Below are positions 19,901 through 25,772 of a stretch of DNA of 64,000 bases, piece after piece (the stretch's first letter is position 1; each line of letters begins with the position of its first letter). The notes below the pieces were generated by a model that did not search any database, was not told where the DNA came from, and saw nothing but the letters and a program-made list of their open reading frames with translations. This DNA comes from Candidatus Latescibacterota bacterium (GTDB lineage: Bacteria; Latescibacterota; UBA2968; GCA-2709665): positions 4,384,001 to 4,448,000 of the forward strand of contig OZ242180.1 in the NCBI GenBank assembly GCA_965205485.1, in the 5' to 3' direction. Made by a program: the position numbers and the translations under genes.

Positions 19901-21473
19901 CTTCCTCGATTTCTGCCGGCGTGGCGATCATCTGCACGAGCGCCCTGGCATCGTTCTCCAATATCGTCAATACCCGCTCCGGCGGCGCCGCGACTCCGGT
20001 GTTGCCGGTAACCGTTCCCGCTACGATCACGCTCTTGTGGGTGCCTTCGTACAGCGCGTTGTCCACGGCGGCAATGGTCACCGCGCCCCTGCTGGCGGTT
20101 TCGCCCACGCCGATCAGAAGTTCCCGGTTCAGGCTCAGCGTGAAATCATCCGTCGTCGTGGTCGCGACAGCGGAATCGGGTGACGCGGACACCGTAATCG
20201 TCGCTGCCTGCGACAGCGCCCGGCTCGCCTCCGCGGTAACCGTGCTTATGGCGGCCCCTCCGGACTCGACGAGTCGATCCGGCGACAGGCGCAGGGACAA
20301 CGTGATCGGCCCCGATTCGTCGTCGTCGACGATCTGCAGGGTAACCGGATCGGGTTCGACGACGCCCTGCCCCGTCTCGACGGTTGCCGAAACGATAACG
20401 GTCTCGTCATCCATGTCGGTGTCGTCGTTGGCCGTGATCTCCACCAGTCCCTCGCTCATGAACGAGCCCGGCGGGAACGTCAACGTCTGGCCCGACAACG
20501 TGAAATCCGAAGCCACCGTGGGCGAAGACGCCGTCGCGGAAACGCTCAGCGTCACCTCCTCGGTCTGGGGCCTCGAACGGACCAGACGCGCCCTCACCCT
20601 GCCGGCGCGGCCGTTTTCGAAAATCGGTTCGGGATGCAGTTCCAGGGTGATCTGCGCGAGGTCGTCGTTGCGGATGAATACGTTGTAGGTCGTACCCGGC
20701 GACACGGTCACGCGGGCGTTGTTCACCGTGAAGGTCAGTGTCACGTTCTTGTGCCCCGTCTTGTGGTCGTCCACGGGCACGAAGTTCACAATGTCGCCAG
20801 TCTGCGTCCCCCCGGCCGCGATCGTGATCTCCGGCGGATCCGGATCCAGCGTATAATGATCCGCGGTCGTATTGGCATCGGCAGGCGCCGCCGAGACCGT
20901 CAGCGTCACGTCTGCGCTGATCGACATATTCAGGCTCGCGGATATCTCCAGGGAAGCGTACGCGTCGCCGGCCTCGGAGATGCTCGACAGCAATCCGGAG
21001 ACGTACATCGTCACCGTGGTGACGTCTTCCACCGTGACCGGAAGGTCTTTCGTTACGGACGCGTAGTCCCCGCCGGACACCGTATGGTTCAGTGTCTCGC
21101 TGTCGTCCGTCGCATCGGTGTCTCCGTTCGCGGTGACCGATACCGTCTGTTCGGTATTCCACGTTGAGGGCGTAAACGTCAGACTCGTATTGTTCAGCGA
21201 CAGATCCGTACCCGAGTGACCGCTGATCGTTACCGTGACGTCATCGGTCGGCACCGTGGCCAACATCACCGTGTAGGTGTTCGAAGCTCCCTCCACGACA
21301 GCCAGCGACGTCTCGGACAGGACCAGGTCCTGCGTCTGCGCGCCCGCCCGATCAGCCGCCCCAAGGACCAGGAGCGTGAAGACGGACAGGGCCGTCCGGA
21401 GAATTGAGTTTCCTGATCCGGCGGCGAAAGAATTCCGCGAACCGGGTTGATCTGCGGATGATCTGAGGTTCAC
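10962..21473 (-). CDS. Giant autotransporter adhesin (~3500 aa) with Calx-beta/cadherin-like Asp-rich repeats
   Basis: Open frame 10962..21509; GGAAGGA before GTG 21473; signal peptide ending AGA/QTQ; LTFTxxxWNTxQTVTV repeats; Calx-beta VNYATSNGTAxAGxDY; beta-barrel-like C-terminus (WTLWGRG, EEWGAS, YGIRILGRVIW). Confidence 0.92.
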   Translation of the reverse strand: MNLRSSADQPGSRNSFAAGSGNSILRTALSVFTLLVLGAADRAGAQTQDLVLSETSLAVVEGASNTYTVMLATVPTDDVTVTISGHSGTDLSLNNTSLTFTPSTWNTEQTVSVTANGDTDATDDSETLNHTVSGGDYASVTKDLPVTVEDVTTVTMYVSGLLSSISEAGDAYASLEISASLNMSISADVTLTVSAAPADANTTADHYTLDPDPPEITIAAGGTQTGDIVNFVPVDDHKTGHKNVTLTFTVNNARVTVSPGTTYNVFIRNDDLAQITLELHPEPIFENGRAGRVRARLVRSRPQTEEVTLSVSATASSPTVASDFTLSGQTLTFPPGSFMSEGLVEITANDDTDMDDETVIVSATVETGQGVVEPDPVTLQIVDDDESGPITLSLRLSPDRLVESGGAAISTVTAEASRALSQAATITVSASPDSAVATTTTDDFTLSLNRELLIGVGETASRGAVTIAAVDNALYEGTHKSVIVAGTVTGNTGVAAPPERVLTILENDARALVQMIATPAEIEEDGGVSTISAVSFVPMPETVTFDVRVFGSTLVLSDNIQLTMPAGQTMSTGTVTVTAADIAGTNNTSASVSRTNFSSSSFTVRTTSVMILDDDATGSMLWMLLSPNRLVEGQGQTSTVSAYLTQPLTENVSVSVAIDEDNTSAFADEYALSTNRTLTISAGDTTSTGTVTLSTVDNDYYSHKFGSKVAYTYEVTGPDGLSAAKIQNDWNVVEDESPPEVTLVLTPDAIGEAGGTSTVTAELNSAVRSEVTVTVSTEASGDFTQNGTTLTIAQGSKTSTGMVTLTAMDNDVDALDKQVLVSGALTIADELSFGTIAFPYSRQLAITDDDDADLVLSTQTLPVGEGSSNTFRVELATEPTANVTVNVGTPPGTDVSVSDPTLTFTPTTWNTEQTVTVSAAHDDDAVDDDATLTLEASGGGYGSISKDVDVTVTDDDEPAIVVDPEPLPVDENDDNAYTVRLDTEPTATVTVTIGGHSGTDLSLSRTSLTFTTGNWNTEQTVTVTAGDDDDAVDESETLTHTASGGDYGSVTKDLDVTVTDDDEAAIVLVPEPLPVDENDNKPYTVRLDTEPTVTVTVTISGHSGTDLTLNRTSLTFTTGNWNTEQTVTVTAGDDDDAVDDSETLTHTASGGEYGSVTKDLEVTVTDDDEAAIVLAPTPLPVDENDDNTYTVKLDTEPTATVTVTIGGTADTDLTTDPPNLTFTTGNWNTEQTVTVSAADDDDAVDDSATLTHTASGGDYGSVTKDLPVTVTDDDEPAIVLDPEPLPVGENDDNAYTVKLDTKPTATVTVTIGGHSGTDLSLNETSLTFTTGDWSTEQTVTVSAGDDDDAVDDSEVLTHTASGGDYGSVTKDLDVTVTDDDEPALAIDPPSLGVLEGGDRTYTVALDTEPTAAVTVTISGHSGTDLTPNKTSLTFTTGNWNTEQTVTVSAAEDADAVIDNETLSHTASGGDYASVSKDLPVTVTDNDEAGLSLSSPALEVGEDDDEIYTVALTTLPTATVTVTISGHSGTDLSLNRTSLTFTTGNWNTEQTVTVSAAADDDAVDDSETLAHTASGGDYATVTKDLPVTVTDDDEAAIVIAPEPLPVDENDANAYTVKLASEPTAAVTVTIGGHSGTDLSLNQTSLTFTATTWSTEQTVTVTAADDDDAVNDSETLTHTASGGDYASLTKDLDVTVTDDDEAAIVLVPTPVTVNENDDNTYTVKLDTEPSADVTVTIGLPPGTDVSLNQTSLTFTPTTWSAEQTVTVSAGDDDDAVDDSETLTHAASGGDYGSVTKDLPVTVIDDDEAAIVIEPASLPVDENDDATYTVVLDTRPTATVTVTIGGQAGTDLTTNPPSLTFTTGNWNTERTVTVSAGDDDDAVNDDETLTHTASGGDYGSVTKDLPVTVTDDDEAGLVLAPETLGIRENGASTYRIRLATRPTADVTVAIGGTAGTDLTLDETSLTFTTVTWNTSQPVTASAADDDDAVSEDATISHTANGGDYVSVTADLPVEITDDDAPALVLSPPSLTLMEGEDVTYTVSLATRPTADVTVTIGGTANTDLLLDKTLLTFSTTDWNIDQTVRVSAAADDDSGSDTATLTHTAFGGDYGSVSRDLRVLIADDDEADLVISPPSLTVNEGSSASYRVRLSTLPGGEVTVTVEITSGTDVTLSTKTMRFTPETWNVDQSVSVSAAHDADSSDDSAKLSHTASGANYGSVRKDLPVRVADDDEAALVLSPASLSFGEGTSTAYTVKLSSLPGANVSVTISGGSEADLRLGRNTLAFTNSNWNTPQTVTVTAGHDEDAVNDNGTLVHTASGGNYGSARVDLPVTVIDDDGGGGGGGGGSVAGDIVLEPAPLRVDEGAHEDYTVTLTAPPVSDVTVTVGGAAGTDVSLDKTTLTFGAASWNTPQTVRVSAAHDDDADDDPVTLSHTAAGGGYDTVVRNLAVTVTDDDARDEPAGAEVTVSFAKANYTAAEGGTPARVTVRVMLNADPGRAVTVPLTVDLNGGATPDDFEGVPEAITFGVGQMAESFDVTAVDDDVDDDGESLTIGFGTLPDRVVAGNPVSTEILIVDNDDPMTIVSFASDSYTAREGGAPARVTVRVTLSGDPERDLTVPIRVSMQGGATPDDFEGVPSTVTFGSGEMERSFDVTAVDDDLDDDDESITIGFGTLPDRVIPGKPAEAVIHIEDDDDPVVNVSFDGASHDAAEGGNPARVTVLLSADPEREVTIPVVVAHGGGATATDYHGVPPNVVFNRGETRKRFRVAAVDDDVDDDGETVTLGFGSLPDRVERGRPMNAAVTILDNDERGVTVSTAALAVPEGQAAGYNVVLHSEPTSLVKVDVTETANPDVSVAPVQMTFSPRNWDVPQEFVVRAAHDDDAIVDRATLSHLISGGDYGAVAVPSLAVTVIEDDVPVVTIGNERVTEHAGEMVFTVTLDVQSSEEVIVNYATSNGTAAAGADYARTRGTLRFAPLETRRTVTVPIIDDSVEEDTENFRMILSRSVNATLNGEEAAATGTIDDNDAAIRALEIFLSSVGRMVASDAVEVISRRFDPDRDGRPSLTLGGQPLIMDGNRDRGQRSYSTIYGREIAPPAALGYRIPPDAQTIRALTHLRRTSVWDALSGSDIRVPHRSKGGESGWTLWGRGAMSGFEGAPGTARRMDADAFSSYVGIDYNIRSKALLGLAATYSAGDLNYTHAVSGRTLVPIDFAITTLLPYLHLKPHPRFGLWGMFGAGRGRVELTDAEGGLETDLTLMMGAGGGRQLLTTLGRVGFALKGDAFYVETASDENARLPEVREEAKRVRLLIEARHTHRSGRASRLSQSVEIGGRRDWGRIENGRGVDVGGGIEYIHVDNGVSLSARGRYLVLHEQSDFEEWGASLFLRVSPGQGEQGLMLDVSPVWGAPAETEGTLWLDAPVLALSPGGTPGVRPDRMKVDVGYQLLTPDGEGTVMPYGGWTAGTRGRDSYRIGGRFLLGRAARLDVRGIRQAQGREAAIYGIRILGRVIW
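14473..18925 (-). repeat. Coding tandem array of 14 x 318 bp (106 aa)
   Basis: Equivalent landmarks at 18601, 18283 and 17965 give a 318-bp period; 14 consecutive units end at a poly-Gly linker. Confidence 0.85.
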
Positions 21474-21699
21474 TTTTTCCTTCCACTCAACGTTGAGACA
21501 AACTGGCACGTTTCCGCCCCGGCGGATCCGGCGGCCGGGGCGTTGACGGGCTGGAAGTCAGCGATAGCCGCGGGGAAGAGCCGCGGTTGGACATAGACAA
21601 TTGCGAGGGCGATGGTAATATGATTTTTAAGTGGCATTTTTCAGCAATTTGCCTTGACGGAAATCTATTCACCATTTAAGTTGACTAATATACAATACG

Positions 21700-21756
21700 A
21701 TTGTGACTTATTAGTGACTTTACGTGTGAATTAAAGTGATTTTATTGTGATTTTTC
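21700..21756. promoter_or_regulatory. Five helically phased GTGAHTT direct repeats (candidate OmpR/PhoB-type operator array; copy 2)
   Basis: GTGACTT 21703, GTGACTT 21714, GTGAATT 21726, GTGATTT 21736, GTGATTT 21747, between the divergent adhesin and regulator genes. Confidence 0.7.
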
Positions 21757-21866
21757 GATTTTTCGAAAAAACTCCGCACGACGGGCCTGTAATTCCGCCG
21801 CGGAAGGGATTTGTCTATACCATTCCGGAATGACGCGACGTTCAATCAGCTGAACGTGGAGAGGAC

Positions 21867-23102
21867 ATGGAGACCGAGGAGGGGACTGAAGGCAAAGACC
21901 GGACGCTTCGGACACAGCCTTCGACGGTGAGTGACGCAAGCGTACGGATCAACGAGCGTCTCGACCTGCGAACGCTGATCGACGCGTTGCCGGTTGGCAT
22001 CGTGGCCATCGATGCCCTGGCGGGAACACTGGCATCCGTCAACCGCGAGGCGCACAGGCTCGCCGGCGACCTGCTGACGCCAGGGCAGCCGATGGATCAT
22101 CTCCTGAAGGCGACGACCGTACGACGAAGCGACGGGCGAATGCTTTCGCTCGAGGAACATCCCGTTGCCCGGGCGGCGAGCACCGGCGAATCGATCCGGG
22201 CGACTGTAGTCGAGGTTCAGGTCCCCGGAGGCCGACGGGTAAGTGCATTGATGAACGCCAGACCGGTTCTTGCGGACGACGGCGGGGTCGGGTCGCTTGT
22301 GGTGACACTGCAGGACCTGACGCCCATCGTGGATCTGGTGCGGCTGCACAGCGAACCGGCAGTCGACGCGGATAAGCGGACGACGGGGCGCGAGTCGCCA
22401 TGCATCCTGGTGGTGGACGACGATCTTCAGACGCTGCAAAACGTCCTGGACGTCCTGGCCAACGAAGGATATCGACCCTGCGGGACGGGCAATCCGCACG
22501 ATATACCCGGACTTCTGGAGAAACACCGTCCGGCCCTCGTGCTGCTGGACCTGGTCCTGCCGGGAACAGACGGGGTTGAGGTGATGACCGACGTCATCGC
22601 GGATCCGGACCTTCCGGTCATCTTTCTTTCGGCGTACGCGCACGAGGAAGCGATCGCCCGCGCGCTCGATGCCGGGGCAGCCGACTACGTGGTCAAACCC
22701 TTTGCGCCCGCCGAACTGTCGGCGAGGATCAGGGCAGCGCTGCGCCGCCGGGAGGAGCGGGAATACGCCCCGCCGGAAGAACCGTTCGTGCTGGGATACT
22801 TGAAGATTGACTACGAGAGGCGAGAAGTGACGCTCGCAGGGAGGCCGGTAAATCTGACCCGGCTCGAGTACCGTCTGATGGTGGAGCTGTCGGCCAATGC
22901 GGGGCGTTTGGTGACCAGTGAGCATCTGCTGAGGCGGGTCTGGGACACGCTGGATGCCAGCGACACTCGACGTTTGCGAACAACCGTAAAGAAAATCCGC
23001 CGCAAGCTGGGAGACGACGCGAACAATCCCACCTACATCCTCAACCAGCCGGGACAAGGATATAGACTGGGAGAGTCACTGGACCAGGCCTTCGAATCGT
23101 AA
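21867..23102 (+). CDS. PAS-REC-OmpR wHTH response regulator
   Basis: GAGGAC before ATG; PAS paralogous to the neighbouring kinases; ILVVDDD...LVLLDLVLP...DYVVKPF; wHTH NQPGQGY; no HisKA/HATPase. Confidence 0.9.
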   Translation: METEEGTEGKDRTLRTQPSTVSDASVRINERLDLRTLIDALPVGIVAIDALAGTLASVNREAHRLAGDLLTPGQPMDHLLKATTVRRSDGRMLSLEEHPVARAASTGESIRATVVEVQVPGGRRVSALMNARPVLADDGGVGSLVVTLQDLTPIVDLVRLHSEPAVDADKRTTGRESPCILVVDDDLQTLQNVLDVLANEGYRPCGTGNPHDIPGLLEKHRPALVLLDLVLPGTDGVEVMTDVIADPDLPVIFLSAYAHEEAIARALDAGAADYVVKPFAPAELSARIRAALRRREEREYAPPEEPFVLGYLKIDYERREVTLAGRPVNLTRLEYRLMVELSANAGRLVTSEHLLRRVWDTLDASDTRRLRTTVKKIRRKLGDDANNPTYILNQPGQGYRLGESLDQAFES

Positions 23103-23249
23103 CTTCCGGTGAACTGACGCGCCGCTCCGAAAATGCGCTGGATTCACGAAGGGTCCTTTCCTATATTGTGGACAATTGTGTGGATTGACTGTCGCTGACG
23201 TCTTTTCCCGGTACGGGAGCATCCACCGACCGATCGAGGTCAGAACGCA

Positions 23250-25658
23250 ATGCAAATCGACGAACGGGATCAACAGATCGAAGCCCTCCGCAACCGTCTG
23301 TCCAGGCTGGGCGAGGCCAGCCTTCGCATCAATGAGAGTCTGGAGTTCGACGCTGTATTGCAGGAGGTCCTGGACAGCGCCCGCTCGCTGACCGGCGCCA
23401 GGTACGGTCTGATGGTGCTGCTTGACGACGAGGGACGGGTGCAGGACTGCAAGACGTCGGGCTTATCGCCCATGCAGTCCAGGCGCTTGTGGTTGCGGCC
23501 GGAGAGGCACGGGCTCTTCGAACACTTCATCCGCATAAAGGAGCCGCTGCGGCTTCGAAACCTCCACAGTTACATCAGGTCTGAAGGCCTGCCCGAGTTC
23601 CACCCTCAAATTCCCCTGAGTTCCGCACCAGCGGCGTTGGCAGCGCCGATCCGCTACCGCGGCCAGAGCGTGGGGACATTCAGTCTTTGCGAGAAGGGAG
23701 GGGAGGACGCATTCACGGCGGCGGACGAAGAAACCCTGGTGATGTTTGCCTCACAGGCGGCGCTCGTCATCGCAAACGCACGCCGGCACCGGGACGAGCA
23801 GAAGGCACGGCTCGACCTGGAGACCCTGATCGACACCTCTCCCGTCGGGGTCGTGGTTTTCGACGCCAGGTCCGGTGCGCCGCTGACGTTCAACCGCGAG
23901 GCGAGACGGCTCGTGGGCGCCCTGCTCACACCGGGCCATCCGGAGGAGCAGCTGCTCGAGGTAATGAAGTTCCGGCGCGCCGACGGTCGGGAGGTCTCCC
24001 TGGAAGAGTCCCAGCTCGCCGAGTTACTGGGCTCGGGAGAAACGGTGCGCGCGGAGGAGATCGTCCTCTTCGTACCCGACGGCCGTTCCGTGACGACGCT
24101 GGTCAATGCCACGCCCATCCGTTCCAGGGATGGTGATATCGAATCGGTGGTCGTGACCATTCAGGACATGACGCCCCTGGAGGACCTGGAGCGCCTGCGC
24201 GCCGAGTTCCTGGGTATGGTCAGCCACGAACTCCGGGTCCCGCTGACGTCAATCAAGGGCTCGACCACTGCCCTGCTCGACGATGGGTCGATGCTCGATC
24301 CAGCCGAAGCGCGTCAATTCTACAGGATCATCGACCAGCAGGCGGATCGCATGCGGGACCTTATCAGCGACCTGCTCGACGTGGCCAGAATCGAGACGGG
24401 CTCGCTTGCGATCACGCCGGAGCCGGCAGACGTGGGTGAAATCGTCGATGAGGCAAGGAATACCTTCCTGCGCGGCGGCGACGCGCGCGCCATAGAAATC
24501 AACCTGGCGCCGGACCTGCCCTGGGTGATGGTGGACAGGCGTCGCATCGTCCAGGTGCTGGACAATCTCCTTTTCAATGCCGCCAGGTACTCGGACGCGT
24601 CATCGCCGATCCGGTTGGGCGCGGTACGTGAAGACTTCCACGTTTACATTTCAGTTGCCGACGAAGGCAAGGGCCTGACCGAGGATCTCCTGCCGCAACT
24701 CTTCAGGAAGTTCTCGCGAGTCGACAGCAACAACGATGAGAGGGTCACCCAGGGCACGGGACTGGGTCTTGCCATCTGCAAGGGTATCGTCGAAGCCCAC
24801 GGCGGAAGAGTATGGGCAGAAAGCGACGGTCCGGGCCTTGGTACGAAGGTCACGTTCACGGTGCCCGTTGCGGAGAAAATCCCGTCGTCCGCCGTCCGCA
24901 CCCCGGCACGTTCGGGTGAGCATGCGCGCGATACCGAAAGTCACAGCGGCACAATCCTCGCGGTGGATGACGACCCTCAGACATTGAGGTCCGTTCGCGA
25001 AATCCTTACACGAGCGGGATACGAAGCGGTTGTTACGGGGGACCCCGGCGAAGTTGCGGAACTGATCGAATCGCGCGAGCCTCGCCTGGTTCTCCTGGAC
25101 CTCGTACTGCCTGGCAAAGACGGATTTGAACTGATGAAAGATATTCTCGAGATCGACAGGATCCCGGTTATCTTTCTGTCCGGATACGGCCAACAGGAAA
25201 ACGTCGAGCGGGCCTTCGCATTGGGCGCGTCCGATTATATCGTAAAGCCCTTTTCTCCGACGGAGCTCGTCGTACGAATCAAGGCGGCGCTGCGCACGGA
25301 AGAAGGCGAGGAACGTAAAGACCCTGAAGAACCATGCGTATTGCAGGACCTGACCGTCAATTTCGAGGATCGGAGCGTGACCGTGGGTGGACGCCGCGTG
25401 GAATTGACCGCACACGAATATGAGTTGCTGTATGAGCTCTGTGTCAGCCCCGGTCGGGTGGTGACGCACAAGGCGCTGCTGCGTCGAATCTGGGGCAGGA
25501 AACGCGGCGACCTGCGGCGCGTCCGTACCCTGGTCAAGAGGCTGCGTAGAAAGCTGGGCGACGACGCCGACGAACCGCGCTACATTTTCACCGAGCACGG
25601 GGTGGGGTATCGTATCGGCAGGCAGGAGGGTACGGAAACGGCGTCCACGGAAACGTAA
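23250..25658 (+). CDS. Cytoplasmic hybrid regulator GAF-PAS-HisKA-HATPase-REC-OmpR wHTH
   Basis: 802 aa with SHELRVPLTSIKG, NLLFNAARY, DEGKG, GTGLGLAICK, AVDDD/LLDL/KPF and TEHGVGY; no TM segments. Confidence 0.93.
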   Translation: MQIDERDQQIEALRNRLSRLGEASLRINESLEFDAVLQEVLDSARSLTGARYGLMVLLDDEGRVQDCKTSGLSPMQSRRLWLRPERHGLFEHFIRIKEPLRLRNLHSYIRSEGLPEFHPQIPLSSAPAALAAPIRYRGQSVGTFSLCEKGGEDAFTAADEETLVMFASQAALVIANARRHRDEQKARLDLETLIDTSPVGVVVFDARSGAPLTFNREARRLVGALLTPGHPEEQLLEVMKFRRADGREVSLEESQLAELLGSGETVRAEEIVLFVPDGRSVTTLVNATPIRSRDGDIESVVVTIQDMTPLEDLERLRAEFLGMVSHELRVPLTSIKGSTTALLDDGSMLDPAEARQFYRIIDQQADRMRDLISDLLDVARIETGSLAITPEPADVGEIVDEARNTFLRGGDARAIEINLAPDLPWVMVDRRRIVQVLDNLLFNAARYSDASSPIRLGAVREDFHVYISVADEGKGLTEDLLPQLFRKFSRVDSNNDERVTQGTGLGLAICKGIVEAHGGRVWAESDGPGLGTKVTFTVPVAEKIPSSAVRTPARSGEHARDTESHSGTILAVDDDPQTLRSVREILTRAGYEAVVTGDPGEVAELIESREPRLVLLDLVLPGKDGFELMKDILEIDRIPVIFLSGYGQQENVERAFALGASDYIVKPFSPTELVVRIKAALRTEEGEERKDPEEPCVLQDLTVNFEDRSVTVGGRRVELTAHEYELLYELCVSPGRVVTHKALLRRIWGRKRGDLRRVRTLVKRLRRKLGDDADEPRYIFTEHGVGYRIGRQEGTETASTET

Positions 25659-25668
25659 ACAGAGAGGC

Positions 25669-25690
25669 GGGCGTCCACAAGGGACGCCCC
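25669..25690. repeat. REP-like palindrome (copy 2)
   Basis: GG GCGTCC ACAA GGGACGCCCC, homologous to 5742-5768. Confidence 0.55.
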
Positions 25691-25772
25691 GGCACAGGCA
25701 GCGGAGCCGGGGAAGAGGTACATCGAATTGGCAGTTCGCAGCACGGTAGGTGTGTCGCATAATGCGCCGCGG

